A DNA stretch of 64,000 nucleotides from Neoechinorhynchus agilis (Eukaryota > Animalia > Acanthocephala): the NCBI GenBank assembly GCA_051530055.1, contig CM121342.1:2328797-2392796 (forward strand), written 5' to 3'. The translations under genes and the position numbers were made by a program. The notes beneath the pieces are model-generated. The model had not been told where the DNA came from and made no database searches. It saw only the letters and a list, made by a program, of their open reading frames with translations. Below, one piece after another: positions 23,546 to 36,231 of the stretch; the stretch's first letter is position 1; each line of letters begins with the position of its first letter.

Positions 23546-25331
23546 ATGCTCAAAATAGGTTCTGAAGACGGCACCCGGCACCTCTTCACGCCGATTATAC
23601 TGTACACTGTCGTTGGATTCTTGATAAGGCGATATTCCATAAGTGTCACTTATACAGATTTTGATCCTCTAAAGTATTCTTCAAATGCTGCAAAGATCAT
23701 TGTACCAGTACTCACATCAGCGAATGTAATGATAACACTTGTGTATTTTATAGTACAATCGAAGATCACAAGAAAATCGACGAAACGTTTGAGAGTTCTC
23801 TTATCATTGCTGGTAATGAGCATCCATATTGTCATTTGTGCCTATATATGCAATCCACTCAATCGTTACACAGGTTCTATATCATTACCGATCCGAATGA
23901 TTGGATATACCATGTTCAATTTTGCAGCACTCAAAACGTTTACTTTTTGCATTTTTTGCTTTGGATTTGCAGGAGAAAAAGACGTACAAATCGGTTATCA
24001 GCACTTTATTTGGGAGGTCGTCACAGGATCACCTTATATGTTTAGTATGCTTATAGATACAAATATCGAATTTCATTATGTTAAAGATCTTTGTTATACA
24101 TTTGGGAAATCTACTCGTCTAACAGTAGTTTTTCTTAATGGACATTGAAAAGAATAGCAATATAATTCGATTTATTTCTGGTATGTTTAAATTTTATTAG
24201 ATTTTGAGCATGCTCAAAATTCGCAACTTGCATTTATTTTCAAAAAATAATCATGGGAACTGAGTAAAAATACAAATGGATTATTTTAGTAATTTTCTTG
24301 GATTAAACTTTATATTTTCATATGTCAAAGCTTCGGTTTTACTTTCGCTCAATTTTGAATAATGAGAATTAGTGCCATTTCGTGTAGAATGGTGTTTTTA
24401 AATTTATCTTTAGTTTAAATATGTCACTTTTGTCTCTTCCTGAGTTTATTCTGTGCGAGCGAAAATGAAAAATTATATGATTCGTTGACAATTATAAGAA
24501 GCCCGCGAAGTCCAAGTTTAGCAAGTACTTTTCGGCGCATCGACGATAATGTCTTCTTTTGAAAATTTTAAACTTAAAATTAACTCCTATATACAAATAA
24601 AAGGTAAGTTTCCCTCAAAGTGACGGCTTTATTTTATGTTGACAATGTACAATCCTTGGTTATCGTTCCGGCCCTCGAAACGTCTTTTCTATCGAATCCG
24701 TCCACTGATGGTAGCTCGCTGTACAATCGAACTATTGCTGAGCCTTGCATTCAATACAATAATGATTGCCGATTGGTTGATGCCGATCATATACAACCAC
24801 TTCCACATTTACTCCAAATCGAACTATCTTCGATTAATACCACTCATATTTCAAGTTTGCTTATTTGGGGCAATGTCGCATATAACATTATTTTTCTTAT
24901 GTTTCCAGCCGATGCTAAATCTAATGGCTGAACTTTCCGGTGAACTCAATCGTGAATTTTACTACGACTGGTGGAACTGCACTGATTTGACAAGCTATTG
25001 GAACAAATGGAATCAACCTGTTCATCGATTTCTAAAATATAATGTATATGTGCCATCGGCGCATATATTCAAGTTTAAGAAATTCACATGTGAAACGATT
25101 GTGTTTGTAGTTTCGGGTTTAATGCACGATCTAGCTTTTCTTGTATGTTGCAATCAATTGCCGTTTGTATTTATTCCAGCTTTTGGTACTAATCCGATCC
25201 AGTCGAGAGTAGTGGACGAGTTCAGCAAGCATTATCCAAATGCTTGCACACTCATTGGAAGGTTCACAATTGGATTGACTGCATCAGTTGGCTTCGTCGG
25301 ATACAGTCTCTACTTTGTCAAAGATTATTGA
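23546..25331 (+). CDS. MBOAT acyltransferase, DGAT1/SOAT-like, paralog 2 (multi-exon, approximate model)
   Basis: REFYYDWWN, WNKWNQPVHRFL and VFVVSGLMHD. Confidence 0.85.
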
Positions 25332-26142
25332 CTCTTTTTAGTCAAATAAAGTCTCATCTTTATATCGAATTTTGTACAAAACATTAACAAATTGAATGGG
25401 CTTTTTTAAAAATGCTTCAAGGGCACGGTATAAATTTTGGTTTGTAGCAACAAAGGAAAAATCTCAAAGCGCAGTCTTCCACCCTACCTTGTTTTGAGGA
25501 TTCGCTCACCTTTTTACTTTATTTGTGGATTTTTATTAGACGAAAGATTTTGGTAGTTTTCAAACCAATTTTGCTTAAATTTGTTGCGGTTTAAATATGA
25601 GGATTATGTTTTATAGGAAGGATAAAACCTTAAAACTGGTATTAAATACAGTGAGGACTGTAGTACAGCATAATTTCTGAATTTGTCATGATCATGTGCG
25701 GTAGGAAACAACGTAGAGTGGTCAGCAGAATGAAATAACGATTGTTTAAGTCTACGAAAAATCTATATTCCGTCCAACTGTGTTGATAGTAAAGACGGAT
25801 CTTTGCTCGCGAAAAATATAGTGTAAATTGAAAACGTTTTGGTTATGGTGACCATAAATCGTCGGATGAATTTCACGTCTGGTGGATTTTACAATTTAAA
25901 CAACATTTAATTAACAACAAATACAAAATTAAGTTACTATTATGGATTCAGTTGTGAATACTACGATAAGATTGGACAAATATCAGGTTTTAACTGCAAT
26001 GCGGGAACCAAAGGGAAAATAAAGCAAAAAAGCTCAAATCTTTAGAGTAACTTTCCATGGCTACCTACGCTTTTCAAACTACATGTAAAATAAAGAAAAA
26101 TGCACACTAATCTTTGAAAGTTCGTTTCATTTAATATTAAGC

Positions 26143-26872
26143 GAGATCATTCATACCACCGCTCTGCATCACTCAGCTGCCGTCCTAGTGTAACGGTCGA
26201 AAGGACGGATGCAGCCTTCCCCCACCGTTGCACAGCCAGACTTACGCTTTGTAGGAGGAATGTCTTCGGATCGCCAGCGATTTGTCTCAAGTATTCAGGG
26301 CACGACTAAGAATTGCATTCACTTCGGCGTGTCGTGAGTATCTTGCGCCTGATTGCCGACAGACGAGACCATGGTGTCCCGGTGGTTCCACGGTCGCTCT
26401 GCTACGACACTGCAATCCTTACTGTCTCGTCGGAGGGTACCCACAGAAGCGATTGGGATAGCGTGGAGCCAACTCCGGATTCTCTTGTAGAGACTGCTAC
26501 CAATCGAATTCGATTTACCAGGCCAAGAGAATCTGAAATTAAGGAATTATGAATTCTCGCTACCATGGGTGAGTCCCAAACTTATTGTTTGCATCCATTG
26601 ACGGGGACCTGCTCGCTGCCTGAATATCCACACCAAATATTAAGCGCCTCCAGGAAATCTTCATCCAAAGTTTAATTCTCGCCGAGAAAAGACTGAATTA
26701 TTATGCGGTTTGCTTCATACGATCCCAAATAAGCTGGGAGAGAAATATCGGCTGCTTTTCGTATACCCAAACCGCCGGCGACACAAGCATGAACGCTTGA
26801 CGTCAGGCATCGTCCGACAGCTGAGTATTTAAAATTTTCTCGACAGAGGCTTTCACCGTCTCGTCTGATTTT
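26143..26872 (-). mobile_element. Decayed CRE fragments (3' end plus an RT-RLE piece)
   Basis: 26310-26872 is a near-identical reverse complement of ~10960-11530. 26143-26300 matches the 3' end at 12290-12420. Confidence 0.9.
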
Positions 26873-26884
26873 AATTTCAATTCA

Positions 26885-28655
26885 TAGGCATCAAATTGAC
26901 CACTTAAACCCTTAAAAATTAACAACCTGCGATACTTAGAAATTTCTTAGACAATAATCATTAATAAGCTCCATTTTTCAGTGACATTTCATCCAATTTA
27001 CAAAGACGCATCTCTAATTTAGGTTTTAGAGAAAGATATCAATTGTCACAAGAACCGAATATCAAAATGTTTAATGACGAATCTTAATCTCCGAAGGCAC
27101 CTAAGAATCCTAAATTCTAAAAATTGACGAATGGTCGAAAAACCGAGCTATTTCCGTCGTCGTCTTTACGCAAGAACATAAAACGAAAGCTTAAAGATCG
27201 TTAAAAATTCACCGATACGTCCAAAATGATAACCAATAGACAAAATCCGAGAATCCGGTTTACTGATCCCAATCCGAAGGACGATATTCCACATTAAGAA
27301 TTGTATTTTCTTTCGAACAGAAATCGGAAAGATCTAATGTCGGAAATCTTTGTAATCTCCAAAAAGTTGATTCTTAAATTTGATTGGTCAAATGGTTTCT
27401 TGTTATTCAGATTTGTGGATTTTGCTTGGCACTTTGGTTCCATGGCTCATTGATGGAAATTCATTAAAGTTTCTTTTCCTATGGATGGAGTATTTTGAAG
27501 GTTCGGTTTTTGTATCTAAGATCCGATTCTGAAGTGCAGAATCATGAAGGTTTGAAGTGAATTCTGAGTCCTATGTTCACCTTTTGTAAGAATCCATCGT
27601 TTTCTTCTATTTAAATTTTAAATTAATATAGAAGATAAATTAAAAAAGGGATTCCGTTATCATCATCCAGGATAAAAAATATTTTATTTAATAGAAATAT
27701 TTCGCGATTGATCAGATTAATTTACAATGACGGACGTGGCTATGCTTCCTCTTTCGAAATATCTCAATGAAATATTTTGAATCCGTCTGGGATCTACAAC
27801 TCTATCTGCCCCAAGGATTTTTTCTTGATTTTAAGTGAGAAAATGCACAATTAAACAATTATCATACGACTAAAACACTAGTTTAATCTGTTAATAACAT
27901 GATTTTTATAGCTAAAATCTGGAATGTTTCGTAGATCCTAAATTTTACGATTTACGACATTTTTGAACCGGTCAAACATCATCATCATAAACTGAAATCC
28001 CATGCGATCCATTTTGGCAAGGCACTCAATGTATGGATCGAAGCATTTGGCTATTTCGAGAACATGTTTATCCGGTAGATGCTTTGGCGGCTTTCCTATT
28101 TTCGTATATTTTTCGTATAGTTTATCCCTAGTTTTTAGAAGCTTAATGATTGTCTCCATCCTGATATCGTTGCAATAACATCCTTCGTTTAACTTTATCA
28201 GATTAAGAAGGTTTCCAAAAATCCCATTGAAATATCGGAGCACATCATCGCGAACTGGAACGTCCTCTACAGCCGTCGTATTTATTACACTTTGAAGGTA
28301 CGAGGACGGATCTGTTGCCATTGTAGTTTTAGAATTTGCCCCTGGGGCTTCCTGGTTCGAATGCCTTTTTAAGTATTCCATTTTTAGTTCCGTTTTCAAA
28401 GCATTTTGGTTTGAGGCTCGACCACAAGTGACTGTGAATGGATAGAGTAGAAAAGAAAGGATCACGGTGAAGATAGAATGATACATCAATAAATACCTTG
28501 GTATAATCCTTTCTAGTATATAATTTGGAGATGTTAAATAGTTCGAAGATTGTGTACTAGCAACTAAAAGATATATTGACTATAAACAAACTTAGTTTCC
28601 TATGGCAAATATAATTCTGTAAACATCGAGTGAACGAAAATACACCGTGAATAAA
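26885..28655. repeat. Segmental duplicate block C
   Basis: Direct copy of 3465-5060. The upstream part 28490-28655 matches 14030-14195. Confidence 0.95.
27938..28489 (-). CDS. Orphan secreted protein, copy 3 (183 aa)
   Basis: Intact ORF with a signal peptide. Confidence 0.82.
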   Translation of the reverse strand: MMYHSIFTVILSFLLYPFTVTCGRASNQNALKTELKMEYLKRHSNQEAPGANSKTTMATDPSSYLQSVINTTAVEDVPVRDDVLRYFNGIFGNLLNLIKLNEGCYCNDIRMETIIKLLKTRDKLYEKYTKIGKPPKHLPDKHVLEIAKCFDPYIECLAKMDRMGFQFMMMMFDRFKNVVNRKI

Positions 28656-29544
28656 TAAAAATGTGAAATCTCAAAAGTGAAAATTATATTAGCGGGATGA
28701 AAAGCATTGAGTAAAATTTTCGTCAAAAGAACTTATTCGCTCTTTTATTTATGTGGTCAGAGATAATTCAGAAACATAACCAGTGGAAAACACTAGTCTA
28801 GGAAACAGAAGAGAGAATCCCTATCTTTACTAATTTGGTCATAAAATTCAGTTGTTAAATTTTTTTCCATTTATGTATTAAAAAGAGAACATTTTGGGGT
28901 TTCTTGATAAGTTTTGCCACAAGTAGAGTTTGTTTCGCCGATGGGGAAATCATATGATTAAAATAAACTAATGACATATTCCAAAATGCACCTAATTCAG
29001 CTAGATTAGAATTATTAAGTTTAAGTAACTTTGATTGATTCAAAATAAATAAGTCCTCTAGAGTCAGGCCCGATGTAGGAAACATTATAAGATCATGTCT
29101 CAAAAAGTGGTTGAGACTAAATTTTTTATATGGGCGTGAAATCCATCGATATATTGTTTTTTTATAACAGCACCGTCAATAAATGTCTCCTTCGTAATTA
29201 TTGAAAAAATGGTCTTAACGCTGATAGAAAATTATAGCTAAAGTGCTCAATAATAAAGTACAAGTTCCAAAATGACAAGAACGAAGAAAATTGTCTTGTG
29301 AATTTGGTCATGTTGCGAGGATGGATTGAAATATTCTCCTTTAAAAAGTGGGGTTGCAGTGATGAAGTTTGATCATGAAACGAGCTTAGTGTGATAATAA
29401 TTTGCATAGAGAAAAGTTCGTTGTTGGCTGATGACTGATGTTTCGGTTTAAATGACTTGTTAGTGAAAATTTGCAATCGACCTGAAAAGCCAATGAAAGC
29501 GTTGGTGTGTGAAGTTGAGGGATTAATAAAGAAACCTTCATAGA

Positions 29545-30345
29545 TGTGCGGCGGTTGCTGCTCCCCCGGTTTAACAGCGGCGAATTTTATGTTGCTGTCT
29601 GCGAATGGCGTCCCAGAAAAGACATTTTACCCTAGCCACGGGAATCCCGGTCTGCGGCCATCGAGTCGGCAAAGATTGCTCGGCTCTCAGATGTTGGGCG
29701 CATTCACAGTGTTCAGGGCATGAATAAGAGCATTGCGTTCATTTCGACGTTTCGTGAGTACCGTCCGCCTGATTGCCGACAGACGAGACCATGGTGTCCC
29801 GGTGGTTCCACGGTCGCTCCAAAACGGCAGCGAATTGCACATCGGCACCCCAAATCTCAGTAGGACACTGCAATCCTTACTGTCTCGTCGGAGGGTACCC
29901 ACAGAAGCGATTGGGATAGCGTGGAGCCAACTCCGGATTCTCTTGTAGAAACTGTCGCCAATCGAGTTCGGGTCAACAGGCCACGATAATCTGAAATTAA
30001 AGAGTTACGAATTCTCGCTACCATGGGTTAGTCCCAGACTTATTGTTTGCAAGCATTGACGGGGACCTGCTCGCTGCCTGAATATCCACACCAAAGATTA
30101 AGCGCCTCCACGCAATCTTCATCCAAAGTGTAATTCTCGCCAATAACAGATTGAACTAATTTGCAACTTGCTTCATACGATCCCAAATAAACTGGCAGAG
30201 AAATATCGGCTGCTTTTCGGATACCCAAACCGCCTTATGAAACAGGCAAGGACGCTTGACGTCAGGCATCGTCCGACGGCTGAGTATTTAAAATTTTTCC
30301 AAGAGAGGCTTTCATTGTCTCGTTTAATTTTGCCAGCTTATCCCT
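29545..30345 (-). mobile_element. Decayed CRE fragment
   Basis: Reverse-complement homology to ~10940-11720, more diverged than the 26.3-kb copy. Confidence 0.88.
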
Positions 30346-30627
30346 ATGTCTAGAAAAGGTTCTGTGCAGTGCTTATCCACTATGTGCCATTTTATAATGC
30401 TTTGATTAGCTTTAGTAGTGTATAATCGAATATATTTAAGTGAAATTTAGAACATGAATAAGTTTTAAACCACCAATATCAATTCGAGGAAATGAACGAT
30501 CATTGAGATAATTTAAGAGTTGATTATTTATTTTGATAGCTTCATTTTAAATCATAAGTTCATATTAAAAAATTGGCATACAGAAAAAGTATTATCTGCT
30601 ATTTGTACAAATTCTGTCTATTATGAA

Positions 30628-31100
30628 TTAATAAAAACTCCTGGATGCGTATTGAAAGACGTTTCGTTGATATACACCAGACATAAAGTCGATGTAAGGA
30701 ATGACATTTGGTTTAACAATGCCGTAAGGCTTGCAGCAAACTAGTGGACGCGAAGGTATAATGTTCCAACGTTGTTCCCTTTTTACTTTTGCAGATTTAT
30801 TCTTGGATCTATTTCTTTTATTGGCTAACCATTTGGAAATCTGCTTCTCGGTGATTCCTAAATAAAATATATTTATTTTTTATTTCAAGATGAAAGATAT
30901 TTACCCAAAAGATTCGATAGTCGTTCCATTTCCAAAGTTGACATAAATGGATTTTCACGGTTCAACTCGAACCAGTTCTCGAGACTTTGTCTCGTATCCA
31001 CCGAGAAACGTTTGTTAATTTTATTTGATTGAGTTTGGACGTTTTCCTTGTTAGCAATCATCGATGATGATGGTGAATGAGTTGTGATCAATGAACGCAT
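30628..31100 (-). CDS. Divergent TALE-class homeodomain protein (2 exons)
   Basis: LENWFELNRENPF..LG|ITEKQISKWLANKRNRSK, in frame across a 47-bp intron at 30858-30904. Confidence 0.82.
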
Positions 31101-32643
31101 AATGAACAGAGATGATACTCGTTGTGCTCATATAGGTACACGTAGCAGCACTTTGCAAGCAGCCAATCAGAATACAGATAGTGCTAATTGACGCTGTAGG
31201 ACGAGGAAATATATAAGAAAATTTTCTCGAACGCTAATTATCCATTAAACTTCGTCAGTGTCTTTAGAATGTGCATCAATTAGATTCATTTAAGCTTATC
31301 CAAATTTATAATAAAATTTAACAATTCCAATATGGTGCGAAATTTTATATGCTCCATTTCTGTTTAGTTTTTAATTTCGCGCCAAATCAGTGTTGATTTT
31401 TCACTCGTAGTCGATAAGTCACCATGACGATCGGACAATGTTTCAGTGCATCAGCGCGTTAAAAATAACTAAAATTAACACCGTTAAGACTAAATTATCT
31501 AAGACCAATTAACCGAAGCGAATAATAAAGCTCTTTTCAAGATACCCGAAACGTGTTGTGATTTGTGGCAATTACAAGGCTCCATTTCTAGCTTCGGATA
31601 GCAGTTTCAAATGCATCTTTGAAAAGTTAAGAAACTTTTTTATATCATAAAAATGATCCAGTAACAAATTCTCAAAATGCCAATTTAGGAGCGAATATTT
31701 ATTGCGTTTTAGAGAAAAAAAATTAAATTTGCTACCAAAATGGCCACTCAATTCGACTTTTTGCGTTTTTTATATTTGAACGAACCACTTCTAATACGAT
31801 CATCAATAAAACAAAATTCGTATTTTTCGACAATGTGAAAGACAATCAAACACCAATGAGCAAATCAACGGAATAATTCCCATAATGTTAGTTTCCGATT
31901 CCGAGCAACGTCTCAGATTTACACCTGACGCTTTCTTTGATCAGGCGCAATTTTTAAAATTGATAATTGGCGCACGCGGCGTAAATCGCTAGTCTATTGA
32001 AGCATTTGCTTTCGCCTGAAATTTTATAAGGATTATCAATTGAGTTTAATTGCCGTTACCGCAGCAGGTGCCTACCTGTTCATCATTCTCAAGTGCAATG
32101 GACCAAAGTGAAGTAGTGCTTGAATTTTAAGGTCGGTGAGGTTTATTTGTTCTGCTATATGATTTTTAGGTGAGTTTTTGATTATAAAAAAATAGTTTTT
32201 AAGACTTCAAAAACCCAACAAATTCTTTTTGATTTCTTTATTCGTCGTATATTAAGTTCATTAGCCAATGTCGGAATTTTGGGAAACGCTCGAAACTTCG
32301 AGATAAACCTTTAAATTAATTTATTTCTACGTACCAGTAAATCGTTTATCCAAAATCAGCGGAAGATTCGATTTTTTCTCTAAAGACACTTGAACCGTTT
32401 TTCAATTAAAAGAGTTTTGAAAACTTCCTATTCGTTTAAAAGTTAACGACTCTCAAGAGCAATTAACATCTTAGATCGGAGATCTATGAATTTAAGGTCA
32501 AATTTAATCTTCATTTAAAGGTTGTTTTTATGAACCGCCAATTACGAGTTATTTTCCTATGGTGGGATAGTGAAAATTTATAAATAAAAATGCATGCAGA
32601 ATACACTCCTCAGAAACAGCTTCTTTTCAATATTCGGAAAAAA

Positions 32644-32964
32644 TTAAATTTCATCTTCTCCTCTTTCCATAACGGTTTGATAGTATTGTTCAAGATCATA
32701 CGAATATTGCTGATACATAGTGCTTAAATCAATAAACTCAGGATTATTGAGCTTCTTAAACTTTACCAAGAACATAATTTCTCCTTCAGTTTTAGTAGAT
32801 ACTCCCAAGATTGTTTCGATTGGAAGATTTTGAGAAACTCCGCGATAATATTGATCTTCCGGCACTTTGAATCCACGGAGAACCGATTTTCCTAAAAAGT
32901 TAGCGTAAAAAGTACACGGAATAATATAGAAACCTTCAGAACCACCATTTGCGCCCTTCTCCAT
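32644..32964 (-). CDS. Chromo-shadow-domain (HP1-like) protein; 5' end uncertain
   Basis: RGVSQNLPIETILGVS..EGEIMFLVKFK..EFIDL aligns to the HP1 chromo-shadow domain. A probable 42-bp in-frame intron lies inside the ORF. Confidence 0.75.
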   Translation of the reverse strand: MEKGANGGSEGFYIIPCTFYANFLGKSVLRGFKVPEDQYYRGVSQNLPIETILGVSTKTEGEIMFLVKFKKLNNPEFIDLSTMYQQYSYDLEQYYQTVMERGEDEI

Positions 32965-33345
32965 TTGCGAATAAGAGTCTGAAATGAGGAAATGATCAAC
33001 TTTTTAAATCATTTATATGAAAGATTCAGAGTAACGAATGTGTACAACATCTCATAATAAGATATCTAAGGCAAATCAAATCATTAGAAATAAATTAAAA
33101 GAAATGTTATTAAAGTATAAAAATTTTGAATTTTTGACGACTATTCTCTCATTCTGATTTATTACAGATGATCAATATATAAAGCAACGAATTTGAATGT
33201 AAAAAAAGGTTTCTGCTTATGTCAATATGCCAAAAGCACTTTCTTTTACGCCAACAATACTGAGAAAGTTGGAGGGAAATAAAGATCAATGAAATCGTGT
33301 TAAGTGTATGAATGTTGTTGGGCTCGAAGGCAACCACAAAAAAAT

Positions 33346-35043
33346 CTATTTTTCTGCGGTATCATCGTCGTCAACTTTTGTGTAAACTGGCTCGCTGATT
33401 GGTCTGCGCGCTTGCTCTTTTTCGGACTCTGGACATTGAGTACCGGGAGCTGAATTTCGGACGGTATCAGTGGAAGATTGCTTGTTGTTCAATAAATTAG
33501 TAAAGAATGTGGCTAAAGTATGACGGGAAGGAGCGTTAGTACTTGGCTGTACCAATTCCGGGTTTTCCTTTCTTTTCTTTGACTGTCCGCTAGATTTTTG
33601 GGACTTTTGTTGCGGAGGTTGAGGAGACGGAGTCTGCTTCCGTTCTTCGGATATTGATTTAAAGTTCAGTCTGTTTGTCTGAGCATGTAAACGACGGAGA
33701 AATCGTTGTTCACTTTCGGACTGAATTCTGGTTGAAGTAGATCGATTTTGCCATGAGGGTACACTAGAAAGTTCCGTTGGTTTTTCTATCACCGATTCAA
33801 AATCTACTTCGTCCGGTCCGAACTTGGTCATCGTTTGTTTCAACATACAAAGTTTCTCTTCATCGTCCCAACCAATTGGACTAAAAGAAGTGAATGTACA
33901 AAAATCGAGGCGGTTTCGAAATTACATAAAGATGTTATCTTGATCCACAACGTTTTCTTTAAATTCATAGGAAAATCCACATGACACATGAGCCATGTAT
34001 CTCAAAATACGACTCATCGATTGAATATTCTTTGTCGATGTATAAGCAAGCCCACTTTTATCTATTTAGGCATTTTAGGAGCAATTGTATCGATTAAACA
34101 TACACATACGCTTAAGACAAATTTTTCTGAGATTATATTGAATAAAGTCGAAATGCTCGTTTGTATATCCATATTCTTTTCTTAGATATTCACTGTGGTC
34201 AGTCTTAAATATAATACAGGTTTCGGGAATTAAATGTCACAATATTTGTCTCGCTCGGCTTTAACGGCTTAAACTGCGAAGCGCACATAAATTTAATGGA
34301 AAGAGAGAGAAAAGGTAATTTGGATTTAATGAGTATTTAGAAAATAAAAGCTATAAACCTGGATTCTATCAAAAATGACGATATGTGAGGTACCGGGGAA
34401 TGTGATTGGAGTTATTGTTTAGGTCTACACTAGCGGACCTCTTAAGGGGTTCATCAGTTTGTTAGATTCCAGTATCAAAAACGAATAATTTTTCTAGGAA
34501 ATTTTGAAAATGCTTCCAGAGGTCTCGATTAAAAAGATGCCAAAAATTTACCTTTGTAATGATCACAAGTCGATTTGTATTCTCCATCATTTCCTGTCCG
34601 ACTTTCAACCATCGACACAAACTGTTTACTAATAGCCATGGTTTGTCTAAAGAAACAACAAATACCATAAAAGTTCCATCAAGATCAATAGAATCGATTG
34701 CGTCCTTTAAAAGAAGCTGACATTGCCCTTGTCCGTCCATCACCCATAAACTTAAACTGACCACCTCTTCGCCGTCATCATCTTTCACTTCAATATAATG
34801 AAACTCCAGACCGAATTGTGGAACGTTGCTTCTATTTTCTGGTTCTTGCCATCCATTGATGAGCGTAGATCGTCCCGAATCTTCATCACCGAACATAATC
34901 ACAGTGGACGATTTTTTGTCTTTCCTAGTGGAATGTTTAACATTGTCTAAGATTGAGGTCCAAATATTTGTTTCATTAGGTTCGGATGTACTGTCAAAAG
35001 ATTCTTCATGGCCAAGAACAGTTTTGAGCTGAGATGAAGACAT
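33346..35043 (-). CDS. DYNC1LI: Cytoplasmic dynein 1 light intermediate chain (multi-exon)
   Basis: NIWTSILD, MFGDEDSGRSTL, GLEFHY, EHFDFIQYNLR, PIGWDDEEK and LATFFTNLL. Confidence 0.9.
34372..34470 (-). repeat. Internally deleted copy of the hammerhead-associated repeat, in a probable DYNC1LI intron (~34274-34551)
   Basis: Reverse complement reads CTAACAAACTGATGAACCCC..GTGTAGACCTAAACAATAACTCCAATCACATTCCCCGGTACCTCACATATCG, matching 19707-19760 and 19846-19863. Confidence 0.8.
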
Positions 35044-35114
35044 CTGAATGTGTGTACGTGTTTATTTCGGGATTATTTCGGGATTTTTTCTCAAAGAAAA
35101 GAGTTAATTTTTTC

Positions 35115-36102
35115 TTAAATGGGTGAAACATCCATTTCTTCTGATTCGTCGCCACTTTTATTTTTTTCCTCGACTATATCATCATAGGGAACGTGCTTGA
35201 CCATTTTAGAAACGATAGGAGTAATGCCCGATTTGAAAGTGTAGTCGCCTAATCTTGGTTCCGGTTTCCCGATCACTGCATAAGGTCTTATAAATCGAGT
35301 ATTTTCGCGAGTAACCACACAAAGATCCACATTGGTTCCAGAATACATATCATTCAAAATAGCGGTCTCAATTGATCGTTTAACGAGTTCCATTGCGTCC
35401 TGTTCGCTCATATCTTTTCGGTATCCATCTTCGCATACGGCCAAAGCGGCATATCCGCCGGAACCTTTTAAGAAAAAAGCAATTCAACAAAAAAAAATCT
35501 GGAACTGACCGCTTGTAATGTATGGAAGATTAGCCGTGGATCCATGAGCATGGACAATACTTACCTGCGGTCCAGTAATGTCCACTCCACCGATTATTAA
35601 ATAAGCACCAATATAACCCATGTATCGATAAAGCCGTTGTCTTAACCGACGGACCACCATTGATAGACGGATTTGACGTCCCGTCTCAAGAGCTACGAGT
35701 TCCATCTGAGATTCCATCAAACGAGTCTGGAAGTCGCAGTCGGCGGCTGTGCCGGCACCGAGACAGTATATATTATCCGCTATGCGATGAACTTTAAGAC
35801 AATTCTTCTCGGATACCATATCGCCGGCCGTCGAACGGGTATCCGCACCAATCACAACACCGTCCTTTTGGAGATTTCGTGAGTGAACGTTTAAAAAGCC
35901 ATAGGGGATACCTTGAATACGACGGCACATAAAGTTGTTCCAGTCTTAATCACTCTGGGAACCGCGGATTTAGTCGAATTCTCGAGAAGGATGTTATTCC
36001 TTTCAAGAAAAAACCGGACAATAAAAGCAAAAATTAAAAACTCAAATACTACCGTTCAAAATTATCAAAGCAAAATCCATGCGGAGAACACTGAGACGCC
36101 AT
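35115..36102 (-). CDS. PSMB7: Proteasome subunit beta-2 (multi-exon)
   Basis: GFCFDNFER propeptide, KTG|TTL..FKDGVVIGADTRST, GAGTAADC and NDMYSGTNVDLCV. Confidence 0.95.
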
Positions 36103-36231
36103 CTTAAAATAGAAGAAATATCCAAAGCGTCTTCAAACTCATTCATAAAACTCTTTCGTATTTAAAGCGCTAATATAAATAAAATTTGTCATTTATACCT
36201 GTAATCTTCTCCTTCTAGAAATAATCCCGAA
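36103..36231. promoter_or_regulatory. Putative bidirectional promoter between PSMB7 and SEC61B
   Basis: Only 129 bp separate the two divergent start codons. Positional inference only. Confidence 0.5.
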
